A DNA stretch of 64,000 nucleotides, taken from contig OZ316895.1 in assembly GCA_973895155.1 (NCBI GenBank), positions 18,237,880 to 18,301,879 of the forward strand, read 5' to 3'. A program made the position numbers and the translations under genes. Below, piece after piece: positions 33,912 to 45,782 of the stretch (position 1 is its first letter; the number at the start of each line of letters is the position of its first letter). The notes beneath the pieces are model-generated. The model saw nothing but the letters and a program-made list of their open reading frames with translations. It was not told the DNA's origin and made no database searches. This DNA comes from Marsupella aquatica. Lineage: Eukaryota; Plantae; Marchantiophyta.

Positions 33912-34382
33912 AGATGCAGGAATGAACAATCCAAGATCATCTGCAAATAATCTGTAACAGATCATGAGGGCCTCAGAGATTTGAATACCTCTCAGTCGTC
34001 CATGCAGAATCTCCTAATCCAGATAGTCCATGAGAGGTTGAGTAGCAATCGCAAATAAAAGAGGAGATAACGGGCAACTGGATTTCCTTCGAGAACATGC
34101 CATTCAAATGAACCCTGGAGCCCGCGCCAGTGAGTAAGGATCTCACTAAACTAATGTAGTGACTACAGAGTCCAAGCAAATGCATAGCTTCCCAGATGTA
34201 GGAGTGGCAGACTCTGTCGAAGGCCTTCTCAAAGTCCAACATAAGAAAAAGAGAGTTTTTCTTGTTAACTCATATCCAGTCGACAGTCAACCAGGCAACC
34301 GAGATGTTTTCTAAACTGTGCCTGCCCAGAATGAATCCGGTTTGCTGAGGACTAATAAGCTTGTGTAGAAGTGGTTTAAGGC
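33912..34382 (-). pseudogene. LINE-2 ORF2 RT core fragment
   Basis: LKPLLHKLISPQQTGFILGR, LDFEKAFDRV, CYRLFADD. Confidence 0.88.
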
Positions 34383-37300
34383 TGTGGTGCGTCCCATGGC
34401 TCCCTAAACCCAAGAAACCCCCCAGCTCAAGCCGATTCCCGCAGGTTTCGTGCTTGGCGAGGCCGTCTCCGCGGCTTAGCGGCATGGGACGTTGCTAACC
34501 TTCTACTACTACTATTAACATTTTACACACATATACTGGACAGATCCTTCATCGGGTCATGAGATACGTAGCCGGCCTAATATAGGCCTTCCCCTGTCTT
34601 CCCCTGTCTTCCCCTCCGTCTTGTTAGGTATGTTTGGATTCCGCCGCCGGAATGATCCCCAATAGGCTTGGTTAAGCCGCTAAGACCTCTCTCAGCTCGA
34701 CACATCCAACTCTCACTCCCCTGCTTACTTTCCTTCCTTCTGTTGATGTGGGCACTCTTCACACAAGTTAATGCGACACACAAATAGCAAAATGACTCAT
34801 TCTGACTGAGTCATACCATGCACTTGCCATACAAACAGTACATCTCATACACAAGTTCTGCGAACTAAGCCGTGAGGCCAACTCTATTCAGCTCTTAGGC
34901 ATGAGGAAACATGAATATACACAAGGGTCACTGTATGACTAACCGAGAGCTTCTCGTACTACTTGATCCCAGCCCGGCTGGTGCAAACTAAAAACTTGCT
35001 AAAGAAGAGGCCCTGAGCTCCCCGCTGCCCAGGTACTTATCCTGGTAGTGGATCCGCCATTCTTTGCATCGTAAGCCTAATCTACTTAACAGTAATCTAC
35101 TTGCCCGAATCTACCTATGTACAGCAAGGCAAGAGCACAAGTGTTGCTCCTACCAGTGGGACCGCAATCCCACTAAGCTAAGTGTCAGGGCCGCTCCTGG
35201 TTCTGATCCTAATCCTAAACGTGGAGATCCGTGCCCGCCCTGCCCACTCACGCCTCCTCCCTCCACGTCCGCCCTCCCTAAAAGGAACGGCGCCCTTGCA
35301 CCGTCACGACACCGGGGGTGGATCCTCAATGGACGCCCCCAACACTTCCTCCTCAGCCACTGCCGTTGGCCCGCCTACTGACAGATTACCTGCCCTTGAC
35401 CGAGTCAACTCTCCATCGGCCTGACTGGGTCCACCTTCGGCTTCAGCCTCGACAACTCCCACGGCTTCGGCTTCAGCCACCCCCACGGCTTCGGCTTCCC
35501 CTTCCCCTAGGGTAGTTGGATCCTTAGCCGTGACCCTGTCTGGGGTCGGTGCTGGGTCTACCTCCTTGATCACCACGGCCTGTGAAGTCGTATTACTCCT
35601 TGACCCTGAAGGTTTTCGCTTCTTCTTCGTTGGTGGCTCGGCAGCTGGTCCCTTCCCCTTCCCACTTACCTCCGGCACTGGTGCAGGTGGGGCGGCTTGT
35701 CCTTCGGCAATTACCACCCCTGGTAACTGGTTTGTCCCAACAGGAGATGGACCTGCTGCAGCTAAGCATTTAAATACTGCGGCTTGTTTCTTCAGCCGCT
35801 CTGTTTGGTTGTCGGCCCGCCGCTGTAGGTTCTCCATCTTCCTCGTGATTTCCTCCAACTCCTCTTGGGTTTCATCCAGGTCCTTACGTGCCCCCTCCAG
35901 CTCGTTTTTGGCCTCCTCCTGCTCCCTGTGGGCTTCCTCCAATTCCTTCTTCAAGGTAGCCTTCTCCTCCTGGGTTGCTCTTAGCTCCTTGTCGAGCTCT
36001 GCAATGATGACAGACTCCATCTGGTTCATCTTGGCGTAAGTCTGTTCGAGCATCTCGTCCTTCTCCCTTAGGTCGGCCTTGAAGCTGGCCGTCAGGGACG
36101 CAAGCTCCTGCTGCAGCGCCATAATCCCTTGATAGGATTTCCCTAACTTGACTTCCTTCTGCTCAAGGGCTCCGCGGATTTTCTCGAGCTCCCCTTTCAA
36201 CGCCCATTCCTTTCTTTGGGTCTCCGCCATGGCCCGGCTGTTGGTTGTTATGTGGGCCTCCTCTGTATTCTTCAGCTCTTGCTTCCACTTTTCCCTTTCT
36301 TTGATCGTGTCGGCCAACTCTTCCTGCGTCTGAGTCAGTTTATCCTTGATATTCTGATTATCAGCCTGCGCGGCGTCCAACTGCCCCTGCATGATGTTCA
36401 GCTCATGTCGTTTAATCCGCAGTTCATCTTGGGCTTTCTTGGCCGCCCTTAGATCTTCAATCTCGGCTCCCATCCTCCTAAGCCGCCGAATGACCTCGTC
36501 CTTCTTGCTTCTCTCTAAAGCCACCGCTTCTTCTAATTGGTGCTTCTCCAACTGCTCCCTATGGAAAAAGGGTCCTACCTCCAACTCCTCTCCAAAGATG
36601 CCGAGCGCAAGTTCCCCACACATCTCACCATACTCCATGGCTCTATTCTTAGCGTAGGTGGAGTAAGTAGAAGTGATCGGCATCGCCCATCGTGGCCTCT
36701 GCTCCCAAGCCGTCCTGCGGATCTCTTCAATCGTGGCTAGAGGTTTGCTTCCTTTTTCGGCTAGCCGCCTGATGTCCTCCGGCCAATCTCCTCCTGGTAA
36801 ATCCTTTTCCTTAGCCAGGGCGGCCTCTTCCTCCTGCTTGATTCGCTCCTGAAATTCCTGCACCGTCTGTTTTATGCCGTCGAAGCTCGGGGGAGCAACA
36901 TCTGGTGGGGGAGACTCAGGGCTACTCTGTTGGTTGGGGTCCCCTCGCACTACCCTTGGAAGTGTGGGGACAAACCGGCCATAGGTCCTTACTCCTGGAA
37001 CGTGATGGTCCGACCCATAGCCGGAATTATCATGGCTGCAGTCCTCCACTGCCTCCTCTACCTCTTGGATTTCCGGCTTCTCCCTCTCCTCTTCCTCGGT
37101 AGGAGCTTCAAGCAATTCTGCCTCAGATTCGGAGCTTGAGGTTCCCACGTACATTCGAACACCTGGCTTGGATTCCGGCCTGATTCTCTCCTTGTCTCCA
37201 GCAAAGGGGTTTTCTCTTGTGAGCCGGTGTAGGCCTACCTCTGTAGTAGTGTCCTGCATTGTTGCCGTTGCCGTTGTCGTTGCCGATGCCGATTTCTTTT

Positions 37301-39006
37301 CTTTCTCCAGTAGTTTCAGCAGACTCTGCATGCCTGGTTGCTGCATCGGCAAGTCTTCCTTCCTGGGCCTAAACACCTGCTCGATCGTAGGACTAACAGG
37401 TGGTTGAGGCTTCTCAGCCAACGGCCTCGGCGTTGGAGCTTCCTCGGGTGCCCTTACCTGCAGGGGAAGTACCGGGGCAAAAGTCTGACCTCTGGCATAC
37501 CAGCACAACAGCGGCATGTGATAGCCAAGCCGCGACACGCTCCCCATGCCGATTACCTGCTGCTCCTCCTTTAAGATCTTCTTCAATTGGTTGAGGAGGT
37601 ACCCGTTGTAGTCCCGGCTTGGGTCTGGCCTTTCTACCAGATAGACCTGTGCCTTGCCGATCTCTGCCCTCGGCAAGTTACAATGCATGGTCACCCGCAA
37701 GAAGTCGATCATCTCTCCTATGTGCGGGTTGGTGCAGGTGTTCCGGAAGAAGCCATTCTTCGTTGATGGCCCGGGGAACGACCGGAACTCCTTGTCAGGC
37801 AAGGTCTTCCTGGTATCAACTTTGGTCTTATTGCCCATCGGCAAGCCAAACACTTCGGCAATCACCTTGGGAGTAAGATAGAAATCCTTCCCATATATCC
37901 TCGTGCAATTGGTCTCGGGTTCCCATGACCCCACGAATTCTAATAGGTCTGACTCCGGTACCTCCGGCTTCAGCCATGGTAATCTTACAAAGGCCTCCAA
38001 GCCGGATCCGGCCATGAAGCCTTGGTACTTCTTGGTCTGCATGGCCGTAAAGCATGCATCCTCCTCCCGTGCAAAATGTAGTTGCACCTCCACCGGTAGG
38101 GTTGCCGCCCAGCCCTTCCAGGTGTCATCCCTGGTTGGAATGGCCTTGATGGGATCGACCTCCTCCTCTTCGGCTTCTCCCTGCCTCCTGCTCTGCTGCT
38201 CGGCTGGCTTCTTTGGTGCCGCCGACCTCGTTCTTTTTGCCGGGGTGGCTTCATCGTTGACGGCTCCCTTCCTCTTCATCTCTGCTGCCGTGGAGGTTTC
38301 TCCTAGCACCGTTGCCTGGGTCCACCTTTCCGTGCTACCCTTTAATTCCCAGTGTATGTCGTTGCAGTTCTTGATGGCCTCTCGGATGCCGACGACGCTG
38401 TCTTTGCAAAACAGAAGATCGTCGAGTTGATTGGAAGTAGGCGTCCACAGGAACTCGTCCTTGATGAGTTCGCCTCCTAAGAAAGCCGTCTTCTGCAGCT
38501 CCCACAATCGAGCGAGCTCCTGCCGTTCTCGAGCTGCCCTTTCTGACTCCTCGTCCTCGTAAGTCTTGATGTACTCAGTTGCCCGTTCGAACAGGCATCC
38601 CCAGAAATGTGCCGCTTGATTGACGTTGCTCATACCCTCCTTAGGTTGATCGTCGGTATCTACTCTCTCCCCGAGTGCTTGCCTAAGCAGCTGACAGTAG
38701 TTGGCCTCCCGTAGTCGTCTGCCTAGTTCGTGCTCGCAAATGAGCCACCATCTCCTGCAAGCGCTCCTTACCCCTCTCCTCTGCCGGTCCTTCTTCCCGT
38801 TGATCCTTCCTAGCCGCCGACGCTTAACGCGCCCTAACCCTAATCGGGTTTTCACCCTCAGCCTTACCTCCGGCCTCTGCCCGGGTTCCATGGTTGCCCC
38901 TAATTGTTTATATTTTCCTTGTTTTGTCACTATACTAAGGTGTTCCTAGGGTGCCTTCCTGCTTTACCCACTTAACCGGCCGAGTGATTCCTGTCTAGGC
39001 ATCACA
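34383..39006 (-). mobile_element. Family A solo LTR copy 3 (4624 bp)
   Basis: Termini TGTGGTGC...GCATCACA; 5-bp TSD AAGGC (34378-34382, 39007-39011); splits KILALR|LKPLL of the LINE-2 RT. Confidence 0.94.
35304..38891 (-). CDS. Intact LTR-encoded protein (about 1100-1200 aa depending on start): accessory-type domain, acidic linker, long coiled coil
   Basis: Uninterrupted ORF filling about three quarters of the LTR; ATGs at 38891 and 38633. LLEFVGSW...IYGKDFYLTPKVIAEVFGLP resembles plant-transposon accessory domains. Synonymous changes and in-frame indels occur between copies. Confidence 0.85.
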   Translation of the reverse strand: MEPGQRPEVRLRVKTRLGLGRVKRRRLGRINGKKDRQRRGVRSACRRWWLICEHELGRRLREANYCQLLRQALGERVDTDDQPKEGMSNVNQAAHFWGCLFERATEYIKTYEDEESERAARERQELARLWELQKTAFLGGELIKDEFLWTPTSNQLDDLLFCKDSVVGIREAIKNCNDIHWELKGSTERWTQATVLGETSTAAEMKRKGAVNDEATPAKRTRSAAPKKPAEQQSRRQGEAEEEEVDPIKAIPTRDDTWKGWAATLPVEVQLHFAREEDACFTAMQTKKYQGFMAGSGLEAFVRLPWLKPEVPESDLLEFVGSWEPETNCTRIYGKDFYLTPKVIAEVFGLPMGNKTKVDTRKTLPDKEFRSFPGPSTKNGFFRNTCTNPHIGEMIDFLRVTMHCNLPRAEIGKAQVYLVERPDPSRDYNGYLLNQLKKILKEEQQVIGMGSVSRLGYHMPLLCWYARGQTFAPVLPLQVRAPEEAPTPRPLAEKPQPPVSPTIEQVFRPRKEDLPMQQPGMQSLLKLLEKEKKSASATTTATATMQDTTTEVGLHRLTRENPFAGDKERIRPESKPGVRMYVGTSSSESEAELLEAPTEEEEREKPEIQEVEEAVEDCSHDNSGYGSDHHVPGVRTYGRFVPTLPRVVRGDPNQQSSPESPPPDVAPPSFDGIKQTVQEFQERIKQEEEAALAKEKDLPGGDWPEDIRRLAEKGSKPLATIEEIRRTAWEQRPRWAMPITSTYSTYAKNRAMEYGEMCGELALGIFGEELEVGPFFHREQLEKHQLEEAVALERSKKDEVIRRLRRMGAEIEDLRAAKKAQDELRIKRHELNIMQGQLDAAQADNQNIKDKLTQTQEELADTIKEREKWKQELKNTEEAHITTNSRAMAETQRKEWALKGELEKIRGALEQKEVKLGKSYQGIMALQQELASLTASFKADLREKDEMLEQTYAKMNQMESVIIAELDKELRATQEEKATLKKELEEAHREQEEAKNELEGARKDLDETQEELEEITRKMENLQRRADNQTERLKKQAAVFKCLAAAGPSPVGTNQLPGVVIAEGQAAPPAPVPEVSGKGKGPAAEPPTKKKRKPSGSRSNTTSQAVVIKEVDPAPTPDRVTAKDPTTLGEGEAEAVGVAEAEAVGVVEAEAEGGPSQADGELTRSRAGNLSVGGPTAVAEEEVLGASIEDPPPVS

Positions 39007-40691
39007 AAGGCGTAAAGCCAAGATCTTAGCCACAACCTTGTAGATGGTATTGAGCATAGTAAGAGGGCGCCAGTCCTTCAAACATCTTTTATCGGGTTTC
39101 TCCGGGATCAATTTGATCACACCTTCCTTCATGTTAGCCGAAAATTTTCCAGTTCTCCAGAAATCCAGAATCATCTCATAAATGTCTTCTTTCATAAAGT
39201 GCCAACAGGATCTGTACACTTCGGAAGTGATACCATCAGGTCCCGGTGCTTTGTCAGCCGGAAGTAACCAAAGAGTAGAACGAATCTCCTCCATCAATGG
39301 GGGGGATTCCAGTTGCCTAATTTCAGCTACCGTAAGCGACTTACCAGTGTTAGCAAAGAGTTTGCGTCTAGCTTCTCTGACTTCAAACGAAGTACTAAAA
39401 GCCAAATCCTCCGGCGCCTCGTAAAGAGCACAGTATTGTTTTTCTACTTCTTTCAAAATACTATCTTCTTGAGTTAGTATGTCGCCATTATCAAGAAGTA
39501 GCATAGACATGTTTTCTCTGAGTCTTTTAGCCTTGACCATAGCAAAGTAGAACTAAGATGGTTCGTCTCCCTGCCCCAGCCATTTGATCCGTGAGAGTCT
39601 CCTGCCCATTTGTGCCTCTTCATGTTCAGCTATTCTTACCTGATCGTCCACAATAGCAAAATCAGCGATGTTTGATTCAGATAGTGAACTAATCAGGGCT
39701 ACCTTAAGTGTTCGCAGACGATTCCTCAAGAGAGAGATTTCCACCTCTCGGGCAAGTGGTGCGGATTGTAATTCCTTGTATTTTTCCCGCAGCCTTAAAC
39801 TAGCCAGATAAAAACAAAGGTGAGGATCCACCACCCAATCTTCTTGTACCTCCCATGCACCGCAAAGTTTTTCCAAACAGCCTTCAACTCTGAGCAGCCC
39901 CACATTGGCCTTGAAATAGGAGGATTTGTGTGAGGTTGTTCCCGACTCCACATTAGAAAGACGGAAGTGAAGAACGATAGGATCGTGATCCGAAAGTGCA
40001 GATCCTCCTTCGTGACAAAGTTCTACAACCAAATCTGTCCACCAGCTTTTTCCACTAAGGTAAAATTGGTCAAGTTTAGACTGCACCACAGACCCATTAA
40101 TTTTCTGTCGCCAAGTGAAGTTTGCGCCATGAAAGCTCCGAGTAACACCAATAGCATCCTCCAAATCAAGTCTCATTTTAAAAACCTCCAGAATTCTGCC
40201 TCCCTTCCTCTGATCAGTGGCGATGAACCAGACGAATCATTTCTGCTTTCAGTCATATTGAAATCCCCACAGATAATCCAGTTGTTGTGAGGAAGGGATA
40301 TTTTGAGTTCATGCCACAGTAGAGCACGGTCTTGAGGGAGATTAGGTGCATACACACTTACTAGACCAAAGTTTCCCAAAGGGTGAGAAACACGCACCCA
40401 CACAGCGCGGCCTTTGTCTACTACTCTAGATTGGGTGATAGAAAGAGAGGGGTGAATAAGTAACAAAGTACCCCCGCGTCCGTCATCTGGCTCAGCAGAT
40501 AGATATTGATAGGAAGGTAGAATCAATTGAAGCGCTAGACCTAGTCTAAAACTATCAGCTTTAACCTCTTGTAATGCTAAGGCAGTCAATGTTGTCTTGA
40601 GCGAAATAATCCAATTTTTCACCACATGTTTCCTGTTCGATTCGCACAGACCACAGACATTCCATGAAGCTATATACAATTCATTATCCAT
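39007..40691 (-). pseudogene. LINE-2 ORF2 endonuclease and RT N-terminus, with nonsense changes
   Basis: SWNVCGL, CGDFN, SDHDPI, APGPDG, WRPLTMLN. Confidence 0.9.
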
Positions 40692-40864
40692 TTTAGTTTT
40701 CAAAATGTTCTTCCAACTCTCATAAGAATCAGGAGACGAGAGAGGCCATCCCAACAGAAAATGCAGATCAGCAGATAAGCAGATCTTGAGGAAAGCCCAA
40801 AACAGATTCTCGAAGCACTTATTTGGCATGGCGCCCCAGGGAAGTCAGGACGACCAAATTGGAG

Positions 40865-43153
40865 TTAGCAGCCGAGCGCATCCGAATTAAAAGAGTCCGG
40901 AGCAGGAGGTTCTCGAGCAGGGTAATGGAGAGAGCGTCCCTTCTTGTTGTCACCCTTTTTGTCCTTCTTCTTCTGGTCGGTAGGTGGAGTTCGAAGTTCT
41001 AGTTTTCTTGCTCGCTCCTTCTTTAACTGGCTCTTAGAAATATATTCCTCATATTCTGACATCTCTATATCAGATCCACCCCGTAGAGAAGCCTCCTCGA
41101 CATTAGTGGTAGGTTGAATATCCATGTAATCTATGTTTGAAGTTGGCTCCACTGCAAGAGAGGAAGGGCTCGGTACAGCAACTAGGGAGTCCTGCTTGTC
41201 AATTTCTGCTGCTCCATGCTTCCTCAAAGCCTGCGAATCAGATATTCTCTCTATAGCAGGCCAATCCACTACGCTAGGGATAACATCCTGTGAACTATGA
41301 TCTTCAAAGAGAGCATTGTCTCTGAGAAGCGGAGGACGATTTTCAGTGGAACGATCAGCCAGGGGAGTCGGAAGGATGGTGGTAGAAGGAGAAGATTCTT
41401 CAATCCCCACCGGGGTGCCAATACTGGGAGAACGCACTTTATCAATCAAAACAGCAGCCAGGGACGAAGTCTGATATTGATTCAAAGGTGACCTGGGGCT
41501 AATAACACTACCCCCTCTAGAAAGGGCAATGATATTACCAATGTTAAGGGTATTTCTCTCAACCGTAGGATCAAGAGGATCGACCCCTGGAGGGCTAGCA
41601 GCCGAAGATCACCTAGCCACGCCAGCACCAGTTGTCGCAAGGATCTCTTCCGGTGCCCGAGGAGAGGGACCCAAAGGGACCCCCCCAAAATCAACATGAA
41701 TAGAGTCAGAGGACCGAGGAACCACCCTGTCAGAAGCATACGTCTCGTCCGCCTCATTGTGTGTCCTATCTGGTTCAGGTTCGTCGTTTTTAATCTCCTA
41801 TGTTTTAAAGGCTTTGCACTGTCTGGCTAAATGGCCCCGTTCATTACATCTAAAACAGTGGTAGGGAATATTCTTGAACGTGATTGGCTGCCAGATAGTG
41901 ATATCATCGGTGATCTCAATTCCAACACTTTGAGGGATCTTGCGACACATATCCCAAAGTATACATGCACGATCATGAGGAAAAGAGCTTCGAACATCTC
42001 CCTGGATATAATAAAGGAGTGTCCCAAGGGATTCCGCGATTCTTTTCCGACAACCTTCAAGAACCAGAGCATGGAAAGGGATCTCAATCCAGACAGGTAA
42101 TTTGGTGTAAGTTTCACTTTGCACATCAAAAGAAGGCTCCCACGGGAAAGTGTGGACAAATTTCCGATCCATGAAAAATGGGGCCAGCTCTAAAGCTACA
42201 TCTTTGTGTTCCGGGTGAACAAACGAAATCATGTAAAAATTCTTGCCCACAAATTTAATCTGCAAAACCGGCCAACCCATGTCGCTGATAAAGATGCCTT
42301 CAACCCAATCACGAAAGACTGGAAGCAGAGGAGTGCGGTCAGTGAAGTAGCACATCATGGTGCAATTGTAGAGCTCCAAAACTGAAAGGGCCGCCTCATC
42401 GAATGACCACTTGAAAGTAGTGTGGAGCTTATTCGGCCAATCTTCCCTAGAATTGTTCAAGATTGTCTTTAGAATATCCAAACATGCTTCTGAATTTTCC
42501 CCAAAAAAGTCGTCGTGTTCATGGATGGGAGCAAACGTGTTCTAGTGAGCCTGCTGACGGCTGGAAGTAGGTTCAACATTGTTTTCCAATCCCCTGTAAT
42601 TCCTCGATATTCCAAGATCAGGATCTCTACGTTCATCCCAGCGCTCACGTGAAGATTCAGGCTGCACAGGGTCGTTCTGGCGATCTCCAAAGACAGGGTG
42701 AGGTCCCAAGTGAGGAGCAGCATCCGCATCCGGCGGGGAAGCAAGAGGTCTCTCCTCAACGACAACAACTTCTTGAAAATCTGCATCCATTTGATCAGCC
42801 CACGAAGGACCATTTCTAGGAATGAATCGAGAAATCCTTGGAGGCTGTTCAGCTGGTGGTCTTCGGTCATGCTTTGCCAAGTTGTCAAAAAGGTTGTAGG
42901 GTGCATTCTTCGGTCCTCCGCGCGCATCCTGCATAGAGAATCTACTGGGCACATTTCCTCCTATACCCCTCCTGATTTCATCTCCATCACGTGTATTACC
43001 CCCCTCAGACAAGGGTGAGCCATCATTCCTCCAAGAAGTGCCATGATACCGATTCCTGCCAAATCCTCTTCCAGACAAAGCAGCACCGAGTCTACCAGGC
43101 CCTCGACCGGCATATGCACGAGTATCCATTCCAGTGCGCCAATTGTAATCCAT
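40865..43153 (-). pseudogene. LINE-2 ORF1, several in-frame stops
   Basis: Track ORFs 42542-43153, 41798-42481 and 40865-41485 share one frame; knuckle CFRCNERGHLARQC. Confidence 0.85.
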
Positions 43154-43767
43154 AGTTCAATGTTGCTTCAAAATAGGGAGCGCAAAGGATCCAAGGACCA
43201 TAACGAATGTCTGTGTTGAGACTACCAAGACCAGAGACTCCGCTACAGCATCGTCCTACCTCAAATGCTCAGAAGTTAGTCTGAATGCAATCTATCACAG
43301 CGCAAAAGGTGTCGAGAAAAAGCTCTAACGCTCCTGTATCCAATGAGACTGACGACGTATTTACCAAAAATCTTAAACTTGTGTAAACCCAGAACGCAAA
43401 TGTGAGATGCTCAAGCTCTCACCGCTCTCACCGCTCTTCTTCGCTCCTTCAGCTCGCTACCCTTTTTGCTTTTGTCTGGGATGAAAGTCCAATCAAAGAA
43501 TGCCATCTGTACTTGGGACCGTTGTTCGAATGGCTGGGTACATTGTATCGGTGTCTTAATACGAGGTTGAGATCGCTCGTTGGGGATAATTTAGTCCGTC
43601 TAATTGCTCAGACCTCGGACTGTACGAGTTTGTCATGTGCGTATGTGCATCCTTTATTGGTCCCGTACATTTTGAGACGTGATCGTCACAAGAACTGCAT
43701 GGCACGTATGACAGTGCTGGGTGGTCGAGTCGCTCTCCATGGCAACTTTTGGCTGGGTGATACGAGA

Positions 43768-44133
43768 ATGGGGGAGGCTGATGGTGGTCATTCTGAGTCC
43801 TCTCAGTCTTCGTTTGCTGGTTCAGTATACACCCGTCGCGTCACTCGATCGACTGCGACCCTGTCAACTTCCAAAGCTGAATCTGCACAGCCCTTCCCGA
43901 GGTCGAGGAGAGGGAGAATGGACCCTAAGGAGGTTTCCATGGGTGAAGTCAGTGACATAGGCTTATCGATGGACGAGGTAATATCAAAGCATGCATTGTC
44001 GTTTGGGAAGGATTTTCGAGGATTCGATAAGGAGCCACCTCAAATTCCTCTGTGTAGATTGCTCCCCATGGAGGTTGTTCGAACCTTACAGAAAGAAAGT
44101 GCATCGATCGAGAAGTTGAAAGAATCATTCCGG
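43768..44133 (+). pseudogene. Element C copy 2: N-terminus of the ParB-like gene, cut by element D
   Basis: GSVYTRRVTRSTA...SFGKDFRGFDKEPPQIPLCRLLPMEVVRTLQ matches 62126-62473. Confidence 0.8.
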
Positions 44134-44556
44134 TGTCCAAGGAACCGTTTAAAGCAGTCTGAAAAAACTAGTTTCAACAATGTCTTAAGGGACTTACATT
44201 TACTTTAATATCGTGTATTTTTGTTTTCTTAATATGTTTCAATTCGTGTTATGAGGCTCTACTTAACATTAATTCAGTTAATTTTATTTCTTCCTTTCAT
44301 TCTTCCTTCCTTTTAAGCTCTGATATAAAGTTCCTTAGGAAAATTAAATAAACAGGTCATTTTAAACTAAAGGTTTTAGTAAATCACTCTCATTCATCCA
44401 TTGATAACTTTTAAACAAAGCATAGCATGTTATAAGTGTGTTTAAGACCCATTCTTTATTTCCTTGTTGAGATTCACTCTTCATCTTTAGGTTTCCATGT
44501 ACTATTCATCTTTGCTTTCATTCATATCTGGTTTTTCTGAATTCAAAACTTTGATA

Positions 44557-45462
44557 CTCTCCTTTATTCAAAGATCTCTAAAGTTTAGAGATTACAAACA
44601 ATAATTTTATGTCCTTTGCAGTTTGGTCATTCTTCAGCTGGGGTTTCAGCCTCGGTTCAGATCAACTCAGGTCATTCAATTGGGTCAGGTTTGGCCAGTC
44701 GTGCTTTCAAGTTCCAATTCTAATGGGGTTGTCCTTTGGAATTAGTTTCTCCAGGATTCGGGGTTCATTCATGATTGCTTCCAGAGTTCCTCAAACTCAT
44801 CCTTGACTCTTTCTTTGAGTTAGGGATCTTTTTTATTTCATGTCTTTAAATTTCTCCATTTTTCACTTTCCTTATCCACTATAGTACAATTCAGTTGTCC
44901 TTGACTGAATAATTTGGATCTTTCTTTTCCTGCTTCTTGTTCTCTGCTGCCAATTTGCCTTGCTTCACCCAAAAAAAGCCAAAACCTCATTAACAACGTT
45001 GTTTCTTGAGTTACCCCTCTTTCGAGTTTAGCTTTCTTCAGCAGCCGAGCACCTCCGCAGCACCACAAAATCCATTACCCAACAATCCCTCTCTTCCCGT
45101 TCTGTCACTTCCGGTCCTACTTCTTCAGAATTCCTCACGTGCTTCCGCCTTCACCCGAAGTTTCCATTTCCAAATTCCAATTTGTTCGGCCACATCTCTC
45201 TTCTTCCCCACTCGAATTCCTATCGAAAGCTCTCATTTTTTTCCTGCTTCATTCCTTCACTTTCTAATCCCCACTTGTGAATCGCCCCTCCTTTTCATGT
45301 CACCTGGAGCCTCATTGCCCTTTTCATTCGAAAACGAGACCCACAGCGATCAACAACTTTCAGCTCCAAACGGCTGTCTTCCATTCGGCAGCACATCACT
45401 TTCTCAATTTCTTCCTAAATTTCACACGTCATGTAGTCAAAGATCAGTCGTTACTCTCACTT
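44557..45462 (-). repeat. Part of the element D 3' LTR shared with the 5' LTR remnant
   Basis: High-identity direct repeat of ~55357-56260. Confidence 0.88.
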
Positions 45463-45782
45463 AGCATCTGGATCATCATTAGCTCAAACCTTTGGCAGCG
45501 TTCCTCAGCTTCAATTCCTCCCCGGTTCACTTCAATTGCTTATCGTCTTTTCTTCTCATTTCCTCTCTTCTGATGAAGTCTCCAATTCACTCGAAAAGCC
45601 CGACTCTGATCACGCACGCACACTTTTCCTTGAAAAGTGTTCGCCTCAAAAATCCCTGTCCTCCGCTGTTAAATTCCTTCTCTTTCCTTATGAGTTCTCC
45701 CTAGCGTCCTTTCTCACGACATCAACTTTTTTGTGAACTCCTTATCCCCTTCTTCACCTGAACACTGTGCAACCTCCGCCGA

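Larger units (their letters stand above)
33895..43450 (-). mobile_element. LINE-2: older L1-clade element related to LINE-1; 5' end approximate
   Basis: Decayed ORF1 and ORF2 colinear with LINE-1. Interrupted by the solo LTR at 34383-39006 and by LINE-1. Confidence 0.85.

Noticed and set aside
35304-36600. Coiled coil read as a host myosin, SMC or tropomyosin gene
   Set aside because: It is a generic heptad pattern inside a TSD-flanked LTR present three times, with no motor or ATPase motifs.
43402-44208. 268-aa ORF as a complete gene
   Set aside because: It spans the LINE-2 5' end, the element C N-terminus and the element D LTR; only ~43768-44133 has homology support.
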